Source: Candidatus Peribacteria bacterium RIFCSPHIGHO2_01_FULL_51_35 (GTDB taxonomy: Bacteria; Patescibacteriota; Gracilibacteria; Peribacterales; Peribacteraceae). Taken from it: a stretch of 64,000 bases of DNA. The position numbers and the translations under genes were made by a program. Position 1 is the stretch's first letter. Each line of letters begins with the position of its first letter. Location: contig MFXP01000002.1 of assembly GCA_001787535.1 (NCBI GenBank), positions 21,597-85,596 on the forward strand. Reading direction: 5' to 3'. Under the pieces are notes generated by a model that worked only from the letters and a program-made list of their open reading frames with translations, had not been told where the DNA came from and did no database searches. Shown here piece by piece: positions 1-9,822 of this stretch.

Positions 1-11
1 TGAGATATGAG

Positions 12-2555
12 CTATTTGGCATTCTCCTCATCGGGCGGCAATCCGTAGTACTTTATCAAGAATTCCGCAATATCATGGAAGATGGGAGCAGCAGCCTGCG
101 CACCGTGCGTGATGTTTTTTGCTTTGGGCCGGTCGAGCTTGATGAGTGCGACGAACTTGGGATGGTTCGCCGGTGCGTAGCCGATGAACGATGCGGTCGT
201 GGAGCCCGTGCCGGTTTCATACTTTCCGCCGGGACCTGCGATCTGGCTGGTTCCGGTTTTTCCGGCAATGTGGTGCCCTTTTACTTTGGCGGGCTTCGCA
301 TAACCATTCGTCACGGAACTCACGAGCATGGCCGTGATGGTGTCCGAGGTCTCCGGCGTGATGACTTGGTCGATGATGCGCGGTTCCGTTTTTTCCACGG
401 TGCCGTCCGCATGCAGTATGGAATCGATTATGGTGGGACGCATCAATTTTCCGCCGTTGCTCAATGCCGCGAACGCCGTCACCATTTGCAAAGGCGTTAC
501 GGAGACGCCTTGTCCGAAAGCGGCGGTGGCAAGCAGCGATCGACTCCAGTCGTCCCAGGGGAGCATCTCTCCGGGAAGCTCATCTTCCAGTTCGATGCCC
601 GTCAGGTGTCCGAAGCCGAATCGCGTGAGCATGCGGTGGAAGAGTTTGGGTCCCAGTTTGTCCGAGACGCTCGTCATGCAGGTGTTGATGGATAGTTCCA
701 AGCAATTCGTCATCGTCACTTTGCCGTAGTACGTGAGGAGCGAGTTCTTGATGGTGTATTCGTCCACTTTCACGGGACCCGTGTCATTGTAGATGTCATT
801 GGGCGCCACTTCCCCCTGGTCGATGGCAATGGCCATGGTAATAGGCTTCATGACGGAGCCCGGTTCGTAGATTTCTTGGATCGTGCGGTTCAAGTACGCG
901 CCGACGCCGATGTTGTTCTTGAACTTGAGCCACAGATCCGGATTTTCCGTGGGAAACACTTCGCGGCGGTTGTTCTCACCGATGTAATGGTAATAGCGCG
1001 CAAAATCTTCCAAATCGTAGAGCTGCTCCAGGTCCGCGAGCGCCGTTCGCGTTTTCTCACTCAAAAATTCGCGTCCCTCCGGGGTGAAGACGTCATTGCG
1101 GTACGCTTTCACCACGCGCACGTTCGTCTCCGGATGGAACACTTCCACGACGATCTGGTTCCGTTTCCCTTCATTCAAGAAAATCGGTTCTTTTTCGTAG
1201 ACGACCGCGTAGTTGTTGCTGTCGAAGAGCGGGGCGTTCACCATCGCGAGGATGCGTCCCGTGAACGGGTCCATGACGATCACCTGGCCGCTGTCCGCGG
1301 CATACTTTTCGATGGCAGCTTGCAAGATCGTCTCCACTTCTTTTTGGATCGATCGGTCGATGGTCAGCGCCACGGTGTCGCCGTCTTTCGGATCGACGAT
1401 GGATTGATCCGCCGTGAGAATCTGCCCGCCATGCGGGTCGCTGACGGTGCTGATGAGTCCTTCCTGGCCGCGCAGTTGCGGGTTGAACGTGCGCTCGACG
1501 CCGTACTGCGCTTCTTGATTGGTGTTCAAGAACCCGATGACGTGCGATGCGATGGTCGTATCGGGATAGAATCGCCAGTGCTCCTGAATGAGCGCGATGC
1601 TGCGGAGAGGGGATTGAATCTCTTGCGCTTCCTTGGTGGTTGCCGCTTTTTCTTTCAGAATATCCGTCTCCTTTATGGCTTCCAACTGGGCTTCTTTAAT
1701 CATTAGCGAGAGCGCGGGCGGCAAACGACGCATCACCGAAACGTAGCGAAGCGGGCGTGACCGAAGCAGGCGACGGAGCAAGACGGGATCCATGGCGAGA
1801 GGAACAGCCAACTTTCGCGCATGGGAATCGACGTAGGGTTGCGTGATGTCTTCCGGATTCGCGTAGATCAACTTTTCGTCTTCATGCACTTCGATGCCCT
1901 GGATATTCAGATCGACGACAGCTTTCATCTGCACTTTGGTGGCTCCGTACTTGAGCGGGACGAACGTCACTTTCCTCTCCGAAATTTTGCTTTCTATTTC
2001 GCGTGCGAAGAGTCGCTTCACTTCCGTGCGATCGGGAAGATGCAGAATGTCCGTCGGTGGGCGTGTGGCGGGAATCGGCTCGAAGACGACCCCCGAAGAG
2101 ATGCGCTTCATCTGCTCCACGGGATCAAAAGCCGCTGCGTAGAAGGGGATCAATTCGCGCGGACAGGTTTGCTCACCGGCCGTGCAGTGCGCGTGAAATT
2201 CCTCCGTGACGAGAATATCGGCAAGCGTTTCCGCCACCTGTGTCGCGTCATCGGTGATCAACGGATCGACGTAGACGAGATCCAGCGTGGTGTTCGTTGC
2301 GAGCAAATTCGTTTCTTCCGTTTTGCTGCTCATGCCCAAAATTTCGCCGCGTTTCGCAGGGAGACGCACGCCGCCAAAGTGCTGGGCCTGCGCCGCTTCG
2401 TGGTATTCCTTGCCGCGCACGAGCTGGAGTTCGATCAAGCGCGAAACGATAATGAGCAGAGCCAGCAGAAAAAAACCATGAACGATGGTCATTCTCTGCA
2501 GCAGCGAGCGTCGCTTCTGCGTTTCGGACTGTGAAATCTTCGGGCGAAGAGCCAT
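12..2555 (-). CDS. ftsI: Class B penicillin-binding protein (FtsI/PBP2-like transpeptidase) with large insertions
   Basis: N-terminal TM helix, dimerisation domain (AKRGEI...GVERTFN), SxxK motif EPGSVMKP, SxN motif SIN, KTG motif GKTGT. Confidence 0.85.
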   Translation of the reverse strand: MALRPKISQSETQKRRSLLQRMTIVHGFFLLALLIIVSRLIELQLVRGKEYHEAAQAQHFGGVRLPAKRGEILGMSSKTEETNLLATNTTLDLVYVDPLITDDATQVAETLADILVTEEFHAHCTAGEQTCPRELIPFYAAAFDPVEQMKRISSGVVFEPIPATRPPTDILHLPDRTEVKRLFAREIESKISERKVTFVPLKYGATKVQMKAVVDLNIQGIEVHEDEKLIYANPEDITQPYVDSHARKLAVPLAMDPVLLRRLLRSRPLRYVSVMRRLPPALSLMIKEAQLEAIKETDILKEKAATTKEAQEIQSPLRSIALIQEHWRFYPDTTIASHVIGFLNTNQEAQYGVERTFNPQLRGQEGLISTVSDPHGGQILTADQSIVDPKDGDTVALTIDRSIQKEVETILQAAIEKYAADSGQVIVMDPFTGRILAMVNAPLFDSNNYAVVYEKEPIFLNEGKRNQIVVEVFHPETNVRVVKAYRNDVFTPEGREFLSEKTRTALADLEQLYDLEDFARYYHYIGENNRREVFPTENPDLWLKFKNNIGVGAYLNRTIQEIYEPGSVMKPITMAIAIDQGEVAPNDIYNDTGPVKVDEYTIKNSLLTYYGKVTMTNCLELSINTCMTSVSDKLGPKLFHRMLTRFGFGHLTGIELEDELPGEMLPWDDWSRSLLATAAFGQGVSVTPLQMVTAFAALSNGGKLMRPTIIDSILHADGTVEKTEPRIIDQVITPETSDTITAMLVSSVTNGYAKPAKVKGHHIAGKTGTSQIAGPGGKYETGTGSTTASFIGYAPANHPKFVALIKLDRPKAKNITHGAQAAAPIFHDIAEFLIKYYGLPPDEENAK

Positions 2556-2685
2556 GGGGATGTGCGGTCAATCCTTTGTACCAGGATGCGAGCACGCTTT
2601 CGAGCGACTTCTGAGGACATTTTGACGAAATGGCACAAAGGAAGAATCTGGCAACTACGCTGCTTTTCTGCTATAATAGTCTGTT

Positions 2686-3828
2686 ATGGCCGATGCGACA
2701 CCCAAACAAAAAATGAGCACAGAAAACCCCCTTATGAGCATTCCGTATGCAACACTCGGAGGCGAAGCCGTACTCACCGCATTGCAAGAAGCGTCCGCAG
2801 CCCTCGGCATTTCCGACATCCACTTTTCGCCGCAGAAAACGGACGTTCGTTTGGAATGTCGTTTGCACGGCGTGCTTCGTTCGGTCGCCTTTCTCACGCC
2901 GGTGCAGTACGGGGACATTCTCCGTCGCATCAAATTTTTGGCGAAACTGAAATTGAACATCACGACGGTGGCGCAAGACGGCCAGTACGTCATTCCCATG
3001 AAAAACCGCGTGGTGAACATTCGCGCAGCGACGCTTCCTTCGCGTTTCGGCGAAGCTGTGACGCTCAGATTCTTGGATCCCGATCGCGGCATCCTGCCGT
3101 TGGAAAAACTCGGGTTTCCGGAGGAGATCGTGAAGAGTTTGCGCGATCTTGTGGAACTCCCGAACGGTCTCGTGCTCGTCACGGGGCCGACGGGCTCCGG
3201 CAAAACGACGACGCTCTATGCACTCCTCTCCACCATCGTCGGCAAGGAGCGAAACATCATCACGTTGGAGGATCCGGTGGAATACGAGCTTGCGGGCATC
3301 ATCCAGAGTCAGATCGACCCCGAGCATAATTTCACGTTCGCGAACGGACTTCGGTCCGTGCTCCGCCATGATCCCGATGTCATCCTGGTGGGCGAAATTC
3401 GCGATCTGGAAACGGCGCAGACCGCCATCAACGCGTCTCTCACGGGGCACTTGGTGCTATCCACATTGCACACCAATTCCGCCGTGGAAGCCATTCCGCG
3501 TCTACTCTCCATGGGCGTGAGCCCCTACACCTTTGCTCCGGCGCTTCGTGCGGTTTTGGCACAGCGTCTCGTGCGAACACTCAAAACCTCGTGTCGTGGC
3601 GGGAAATGTGACCCGGGTTCCCACGATTCGTACGATGGACAAATGTGTTTGCCGGAATTGCTCACCATGACGCCTGCTCTGCAAACACAGATTCTGAACA
3701 TGGCGCAAGGACCGAAGATTGCGGAACAGGCAAAGAAGGATGGACTCAAGACAATGAAGGAATGGGGAGAAGAATTTGTGAAGAAAGGACTCACCACAAG
3801 GGAAGAAGTGGAACGTGTGACAGCTTAA
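2686..3828 (+). CDS. GspE/PulE/PilB-family secretion/pilus ATPase
   Basis: Walker A GPTGSGKTTT, Asp box TLEDPVEY, LRHDPDVILVGEIRD, His box TGHLVLSTLHTN. Confidence 0.92.
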   Translation: MADATPKQKMSTENPLMSIPYATLGGEAVLTALQEASAALGISDIHFSPQKTDVRLECRLHGVLRSVAFLTPVQYGDILRRIKFLAKLKLNITTVAQDGQYVIPMKNRVVNIRAATLPSRFGEAVTLRFLDPDRGILPLEKLGFPEEIVKSLRDLVELPNGLVLVTGPTGSGKTTTLYALLSTIVGKERNIITLEDPVEYELAGIIQSQIDPEHNFTFANGLRSVLRHDPDVILVGEIRDLETAQTAINASLTGHLVLSTLHTNSAVEAIPRLLSMGVSPYTFAPALRAVLAQRLVRTLKTSCRGGKCDPGSHDSYDGQMCLPELLTMTPALQTQILNMAQGPKIAEQAKKDGLKTMKEWGEEFVKKGLTTREEVERVTA

Positions 3829-3870
3829 ATCATTGAGATCGAATCGATCGTGTTACTCGATAGTGAAGTG

Positions 3871-4062
3871 TGAGTCCTATTCAAGATCCAAAGCAGCACC
3901 AAACGCCAAGGGAATGATCAAGGAACCAAGGACTCAACTTTAGATTCCATATCATGACTCGATGTGAGTAGGGAAATGGTGTCGTATGCCTTTATAGAAT
4001 TGAAATGAAAATTCATTGGTCATGCGGTGCCTTCTTTGGTGTTTGATGCTGCTTTTGTCCTT
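3871..4062 (+). ncRNA. Candidate structured non-coding RNA (long irregular hairpin)
   Basis: Arm 3890-3913 pairs with 4032-4055 (24 bp, 1 mismatch, G-U wobbles on + strand); 3914-3925 pairs with 4012-4023; no credible ORF. Confidence 0.35.
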
Positions 4063-4147
4063 AATCCGCACAAAATCTCTTGTTAACAAGAATTGCTCGC
4101 AACCCTTGCCAGTCCGCTCTTCTTTTCCATAGGATAACAATCCTCCC

Positions 4148-5872
4148 ATGCTGTTTCATGCGCGCCACAGGCGAGGTACGTATCCGCTTGCGGCGACTTC
4201 GGCGTATCCAGTCCTTTTGAAATGGGTGCTTGCCGCCGTTCTTGCGCTGATCGTTCTTTATGTTGTGGGATCCTTCGTGCTCCGCGTTTTTGGCGTGGGG
4301 AATCCCATCCGTCACGAGAAAGTGACGCTCCATGTGGAAGGAAGAGATGCCGTGAGCGTGTCCCTGGACGGAGGTGACATCCAACGCGCGCAGGACGGGA
4401 TGAAACTGTATCCCGGGGATCGCGTGACAACGGGTGCGAACACGCATGCAACGCTCCTCTTTTTTGACGGTTCCATGGTTCGCTTGGATCAGAAAACCGA
4501 TCTTACCGTTGCGAAAAGCGCTTTTGGTTCCAGACAATCGGAGTTGGAGTTGGAGCTCCAGCAAGGAAAAATGTGGGTGGCAACGCCCCCGAAAAAATCC
4601 TTTACCGGAGCCATTGTGCGCACGGTTCGCACACCGATGACGACATTTGCGCTTCCTGCGGAAACGGAGGCCGTTCTTTCCGCCTTGGAAGCGTACGTCT
4701 ACAGCGCCGATGGCAGCGGCATCGAAGTGGAAGTGCTCTCGTCCGACCTTGATTCCATCTTCATCGGCGAAGGTCAAAAGTGGATTCTTCCGTCCACGGA
4801 GGACATCGGGAACGATCTCTACGCCTACCGCAGTCCGCTGGATCCCGGCGCCATTCGCATGCCCCTGGTGGAAGAAAGCAGAGTGCGTCGGACCATCGTG
4901 ACGAAGCAAGCATCGCAGACGGCCGCAGCGACGGATGGCGGCGTGGAAGGCGGATTCTTGCGCGTGCGCTCCCCCGCGAATGCCGCCAAGCTCACTTCGG
5001 GCACGGTCAAAGTGGAGGGATCCTTCGGGGAGGGTGTCGCTTCCATCAAAGTGAATGAATACTTTGCCGTGCTGGATGCCGAGAAGAAAACCTTCTCGCA
5101 AGAGTTGGCGCTCCCGACGGGCACGGAATCGTTCGATATCCGCATAGCGGCGTTGGATTCCGCCGGAGAAATTTTGGAGGAAGTGCTGCGCAACGTGACG
5201 CGGGAATTCAAAGCCCCGGATGCTCCGACAATTACGAGTCCGGCGAAGCAGGGGCAAACCTATCGCACGCAGACGCAGGAGTTTGTGCTTCGCGGAGGCT
5301 CGCCGGCGGGTGCCGTTGGCATCATCGTCAATGATTACCGGTTGCAGCTTTTTTCCCCCAGCAAAGGAGAGTGGAGCTATCTCGCAAGCACGCGGCTTGG
5401 TAATTTTATACAGGGCGAAAATATTTTTTCCGTTGTCGCCATCGATGACGCCGGTAACAAAAGCGAGCCCGCCGTGCTCAAAATCATATTGGGCGAAGGC
5501 ACGGAAGGTGTCATTGCAGAAGGGCAAGCAAGCAGTGCCGCTCCCGTTACAGAGACTCCCGCGGAGCTCCCGAACAATGCTCCTCTAAAACCGGGCTCTC
5601 TGGTTGTGACCGGTCCCACAGCGGGTACTGCGCATACGGCTACCGGCAGCGAATTCCTTATAGAAGGCACGACGATTCCGGAGACAGCCAGTGTCTGGGT
5701 GAATGACTACGAGTTGCAGTTGTATGTCGATGGCAAAACATTCTGGAACTACATCGCGAACACGGAGTACGGCAACTTGAAGCGCGGTAAAAATGTCTAC
5801 GTCATTGTCACGCGCAATGCGAGGAACGAGATCCTGGATAAGTTGGAGTACACGGTGACGTACAATCCGTAA
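4148..5872 (+). CDS. Membrane-anchored FecR-domain protein with C-terminal Ig-like repeats
   Basis: TM helix, FecR signature (LYPGDRVTTG...ATLLFFDGSMVRLDQKT...LELQQGKMW), three beta-rich Ig-like domains. Confidence 0.75.
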   Translation: MLFHARHRRGTYPLAATSAYPVLLKWVLAAVLALIVLYVVGSFVLRVFGVGNPIRHEKVTLHVEGRDAVSVSLDGGDIQRAQDGMKLYPGDRVTTGANTHATLLFFDGSMVRLDQKTDLTVAKSAFGSRQSELELELQQGKMWVATPPKKSFTGAIVRTVRTPMTTFALPAETEAVLSALEAYVYSADGSGIEVEVLSSDLDSIFIGEGQKWILPSTEDIGNDLYAYRSPLDPGAIRMPLVEESRVRRTIVTKQASQTAAATDGGVEGGFLRVRSPANAAKLTSGTVKVEGSFGEGVASIKVNEYFAVLDAEKKTFSQELALPTGTESFDIRIAALDSAGEILEEVLRNVTREFKAPDAPTITSPAKQGQTYRTQTQEFVLRGGSPAGAVGIIVNDYRLQLFSPSKGEWSYLASTRLGNFIQGENIFSVVAIDDAGNKSEPAVLKIILGEGTEGVIAEGQASSAAPVTETPAELPNNAPLKPGSLVVTGPTAGTAHTATGSEFLIEGTTIPETASVWVNDYELQLYVDGKTFWNYIANTEYGNLKRGKNVYVIVTRNARNEILDKLEYTVTYNP

Positions 5873-5878
5873 GAGTGG

Positions 5879-6337
5879 TTATACAGGATTAATCACTTGG
5901 AATAATTTTCGCAGTGTAGCTCCTGCTTGAAGGAGTAATCGATTGTGTTCCACCGCCGCACTATATGTTTTTTTAACCAGAGGTTCCAACCTGCTGGCGG
6001 TCCGAGGGGTCATTTTTGCTTTCAGCGTTGATTCCCAGTAGTTCATTAATGAATCTATATATCCTTTATCATCGAGAATGGCTTCCCTCGTCAGATCCGT
6101 CGGACGCGGTCTGCCTGCTGAGTTTGCACATTGTCGTCGATGCAAGTTAAACACGCGAAGAACTTGATCGAATTTTATATGATGAAGAAGATCGTTCGGT
6201 GTTTCGCATCTGGAAAGATCATCTTCTTCTATTTCCAAAGTTTGTTTTTCGTTGCCATCAGGTGGATCTACACGGGTGTCCAACTGAAACGTGCGTTCAT
6301 GCATATCAAAGAGAGGAATAGTGTTGTGATCGTACAA
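5879..6337 (-). CDS. Hypothetical protein (lower-GC ORFan)
   Basis: 152-aa ORF filling the gap downstream of rluD; no recognisable motif. Confidence 0.5.
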   Translation of the reverse strand: MYDHNTIPLFDMHERTFQLDTRVDPPDGNEKQTLEIEEDDLSRCETPNDLLHHIKFDQVLRVFNLHRRQCANSAGRPRPTDLTREAILDDKGYIDSLMNYWESTLKAKMTPRTASRLEPLVKKTYSAAVEHNRLLLQAGATLRKLFQVINPV

Positions 6338-6348
6338 CTCAGATCCTG

Positions 6349-7284
6349 CTAGGCAAGAAAATTGATGTTGAGTTTCTTCAGTATTTCCAAGAATTGCGCT
6401 GGCAGATGCGCTTCAATCGCATGATCTTTTGCATCGGCAGGTGATTCAAAAGTAAGTTTCCAGGCATGCAAGCAGAGCGATTCCACTTCCCATTCCTGCA
6501 CCACACGTTCGCTGAGTGCGCTGCTGTAGCTGCTGTCACCCAGTACAGGATGCCCGATGCCCGCCAAGTGCACACGAATTTGGTGCGTGCGTCCCGTGTG
6601 CAGGTCACACTCCAGAAGAGCAACATTGGAAGCTTTTCCTACTATGCGATAGGTCGTCTGCGCCTCGCGGCTCGTGCTGGTTCCTGTTATGGCCATCTTC
6701 GTTGGATTCATCGAACTTCTGCCGATGGGTGCATCGATCTTCGCTTGGGATTTCTCCGGAATGCCTGCGACGAGTGCCAAGTATGTTTTTTTCACGGTGC
6801 GCGTCTCAAACTGTTTCTGCAATGCTATGTGTGCCGCAGGATTCTTTGCGATCAGCAAGCAACCGGTCGTATCTTTATCCAAGCGATGCACGAGAACGCT
6901 CTCTGACGAGAATGGAATCTTCATCTTCGTAAACAGAAGGGCGACGCCATGCAGGATCGTGGGCTCATCGATTGCTCCGGCACCCGGATGGACGGAATAC
7001 CCCGCGGGCTTATTGATGACGAAGCATTGCTCATCTTCGTACAAGATCTCCAGATGCAGATCTTTCGGTTCGATCGCACTTTCCGTTGGAGTGGAAGCAT
7101 CGTCGCTTACAATCACGCGATCACCGGGTTCAAGACGATGCGCCGGCTTTTTGACAATCACGTCGTTCACGCGGACATGGCCTTCTTCGATCGCTCTCTT
7201 TGCTTTCTCGCGACTGAGCACACGTCCTTCTTCCGCGAGAAAAGAATCCAGCCTGTGGGGATACGAAACGAGCCACTCGGACAT
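6349..7284 (-). CDS. rluD: RluA/RluD-family 23S rRNA pseudouridine synthase
   Basis: S4 domain, INKPAG, VHRLDKDTTG, TGRTHQIRVH, LHAWKL motifs. Confidence 0.92.
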   Translation of the reverse strand: MSEWLVSYPHRLDSFLAEEGRVLSREKAKRAIEEGHVRVNDVIVKKPAHRLEPGDRVIVSDDASTPTESAIEPKDLHLEILYEDEQCFVINKPAGYSVHPGAGAIDEPTILHGVALLFTKMKIPFSSESVLVHRLDKDTTGCLLIAKNPAAHIALQKQFETRTVKKTYLALVAGIPEKSQAKIDAPIGRSSMNPTKMAITGTSTSREAQTTYRIVGKASNVALLECDLHTGRTHQIRVHLAGIGHPVLGDSSYSSALSERVVQEWEVESLCLHAWKLTFESPADAKDHAIEAHLPAQFLEILKKLNINFLA

Positions 7285-7344
7285 GCGGATACTATGCCTC
7301 TTTCACGTCATGATTCACAGCAAAGAGTCTGCTACACTTCCGTT

Positions 7345-8508
7345 ATGCCAAATGAGCTCTTAACACGCGCGGTGGAAGCAGTCACGCCAAAGGCTTTGGC
7401 GGAGGAGAAGTTGAAGACAGGTCTACCGATCCGCATCTACTTGGGCATCGATCCCACGGGAACCAAGCTGCATTTGGGGCATAGCGTGCCTCTACGCAAG
7501 CTGCGTGCATTTCAAGATGCAGGGCACCAAGTGATCTTCCTGATTGGAAGTTTTACTGCGATGATCGGGGATCCTTCCGGTCGCGATAAGCAGCGTGAAC
7601 CTCTCACGACCGAACAGGTGCTGGAAAATTTTAAGACCTACAAAGAACAAGCAGCGAAAGTGCTCGACTTCACCAACATCGAAGTGGTCTATAACCACCA
7701 GTGGTTGGAAAAGCTCATGTTTGTCGACATCATTAACTTAGCCGGTAACTTCACCGTGCAGCAGATTTTGGAGCGCGACATGTTCGACAAGCGCTTAAAG
7801 GAAGGAAAGCCGATAGGATTGCATGAGTTTTTGTATCCTCTTATGCAAGGCTACGATTCCGTAAATTTGGACGTCGATTGTGAGCTTGGTGGGAATGACC
7901 AGCTTTTCAACATGCTCGCGGGCAGAACGTTGCAGTCCACCTTCGGCAAACGCGATAAGTTCGTGATAACCACCAAATTGATAGCCGGAACGGACGGACA
8001 GAAGATGAGCAAGACGTACAACAACTGCATTTATTTGGAGGATGAACCCAATGATATGTACGGCAAAGTCCTTTCCATCAATGATGACCTGATTACGGTG
8101 TATATGGAGTGCTGCACCGGTATCCCGATGTCGGAAGTCACAGAAGCCGCAAAGGCTTTGAAGAAAGGCAGTGTGAATCCCAAGGATCTTAAAATGCGCT
8201 TGGCTCGCGAAATCGTAACGATTTACCACGGTGCAGACGCTGCTGCAGTCGCAGAGAGTGAATTCCAGAAGGTTCATAAAGATAAGGGTATTCCGGCAGA
8301 CATAATAATAAGAAATGTGAAGAAAGGAGACCTTGTAATTGACATCATGGTGGAATGCAAAATGGCTCCATCAAAAACCGAAGCAAAGAGATTGATCGAA
8401 CAAGGCGGCGTAACCATAGATGGCAAAGCAATTACAGCTCAAGATGCGAAGGCTGAGGCAGGAATTTTGAAAGTCGGGAAGAGGAAGTTTCTAAAAATTT
8501 TTTTATGA
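7345..8508 (+). CDS. tyrS: Tyrosine--tRNA ligase
   Basis: GIDPTG..LHLGH (HIGH), YPLMQGYD, GGNDQ, KMSKT, C-terminal S4 domain; start placed at ATG 7345. Confidence 0.96.
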   Translation: MPNELLTRAVEAVTPKALAEEKLKTGLPIRIYLGIDPTGTKLHLGHSVPLRKLRAFQDAGHQVIFLIGSFTAMIGDPSGRDKQREPLTTEQVLENFKTYKEQAAKVLDFTNIEVVYNHQWLEKLMFVDIINLAGNFTVQQILERDMFDKRLKEGKPIGLHEFLYPLMQGYDSVNLDVDCELGGNDQLFNMLAGRTLQSTFGKRDKFVITTKLIAGTDGQKMSKTYNNCIYLEDEPNDMYGKVLSINDDLITVYMECCTGIPMSEVTEAAKALKKGSVNPKDLKMRLAREIVTIYHGADAAAVAESEFQKVHKDKGIPADIIIRNVKKGDLVIDIMVECKMAPSKTEAKRLIEQGGVTIDGKAITAQDAKAEAGILKVGKRKFLKIFL

Positions 8509-9191
8509 ACACTCGAATTGTAATCGGATTATGTGTACTAACATTATTTATAATTTCACTTTTTGTACCCTTTTCTGTTAGGCCTTTTAAACTTGGTCAA
8601 TCAATTAATTTTAAAGAACTAACCATTGAGCAGTTAGAATTACATAGGGATGGAAATATATTTGTGGATAAGTTATTCAACAAACAGCCAGACTTATCAG
8701 ATCATTTTATTAACTTTGGAGCAGACCTCAGTGTCTTACAAATCCCCACTGTAGATTTCTCATATAAAACGTGTATTTCCATCAATAATTTTGTAAAAAA
8801 AGAGGATAATGATTTGGTTTTCATTAGTAATGGTCCTGTTGGTATGAAAATCGCAATTGATGATAGCCAAGTAGTAGTTGATGCAAATGAATATAAGGAT
8901 AACTATGAATATTGTGTCCTCAATAAAAATATTAATTTTATAGAATTAAGTACTAGAGAATCTTCAATTAGTCCTGAAATTTACAAATCACTTTGTGGAG
9001 AGCAGGAGGTTTGTGAATTATCAGGCAGGTTTCAATTGCTTTGGAGTACAAAAATATTGAACCCATGGAGTTCTATAGTAGCTGCTTTCCTGATTTCACT
9101 CATGCTTGCTGTTTTATATGCCAAATACATTTGGCTGCCTGCTGAGTTCTTTTCTAATAAAACAAATGAAAAAAATAAAACGGGGGTATAA
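8505..9191 (+). CDS. Hypothetical membrane protein, strongly AT-rich
   Basis: N- and C-terminal hydrophobic helices; overlaps the tyrS stop (ATGA) and the next start (TAATG). Confidence 0.6.
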   Translation: MNTRIVIGLCVLTLFIISLFVPFSVRPFKLGQSINFKELTIEQLELHRDGNIFVDKLFNKQPDLSDHFINFGADLSVLQIPTVDFSYKTCISINNFVKKEDNDLVFISNGPVGMKIAIDDSQVVVDANEYKDNYEYCVLNKNINFIELSTRESSISPEIYKSLCGEQEVCELSGRFQLLWSTKILNPWSSIVAAFLISLMLAVLYAKYIWLPAEFFSNKTNEKNKTGV

Positions 9192-9535
9192 TGCGATATG
9201 TGTCTCAAGATCTTCTTAAAAAGCGCTGCGTTCCCTGCGAAGGAGGCGCTCAGCCCCTCAGCCCGAGCGAGGCTCTGGAGTTGCTGAAGCAGACTCCGCA
9301 GTGGAAGATTGATGAAGAATCCAAGAAGATTTCACGAACTTTTAAGAGCAAAACATTTTTGGATGCTGTGGCATTTGTAGAAGCAGTTGCAGCAATTGCA
9401 GAGGAAGAAAATCATCATCCTATGATAAAAGTGGATTTCAATCGTGTGACGTTAGAATTATGGACGCACGCGATTGGAGGATTGAGCGAGAATGATTTTA
9501 TTGTTGCGGCAAAAGTAGACGCGCTGGGAGAGTGA
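9191..9535 (+). CDS. phhB: Pterin-4a-carbinolamine dehydratase
   Basis: CVPCEGG, AEEENHHP, WTHAIGGLSENDFIVAAK. Confidence 0.93.
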   Translation: MRYVSQDLLKKRCVPCEGGAQPLSPSEALELLKQTPQWKIDEESKKISRTFKSKTFLDAVAFVEAVAAIAEEENHHPMIKVDFNRVTLELWTHAIGGLSENDFIVAAKVDALGE

Positions 9536-9544
9536 TTGAATCGC

Positions 9545-9640
9545 TCAGGAAAAAATCAGTAAGGATGCCAGCGAGGCACCACTGACCAGAAGAGTGGAGA
9601 AGAGGAGTCCCAAGCCGACGCTAATGGTTTCTTTGGACAT
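9545..9640 (-). CDS. Putative 31-aa single-TM micro-protein (MSKETISVGLGLLFSTLLVSGASLASLLIFS)
   Basis: ATG-started, fully hydrophobic after a short polar N-terminus. Confidence 0.35.
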   Translation of the reverse strand: MSKETISVGLGLLFSTLLVSGASLASLLIFS

Positions 9641-9720
9641 GTGTTTATAGGACGAATGAAAAAGTAATTTCTTACCGGAGAGAGAAAATTTTTGGTGATA
9701 GGGGAGTGGTCGAGAGGGGA

Positions 9721-9822
9721 GTGTCAGTCTTCGAGACGCCCTGCGGGTGTCAGACTGAGGAGCGAGGCATCGCAATGCCGAGTGTCTCGAAGGCTGACGG
9801 GCAGGGCTCCTCAGACTGACAC
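9721..9822. repeat. Nested REP-like palindromic elements (GTCAG.CTGAGGAG-hairpin-GTCTCGAAG.CTGAC family)
   Basis: Outer copy 9721-9822 has terminal IR GTGTCAGTCT/AGACTGACAC; an opposite-orientation copy (9747-9799) lies in its loop. Confidence 0.65.
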
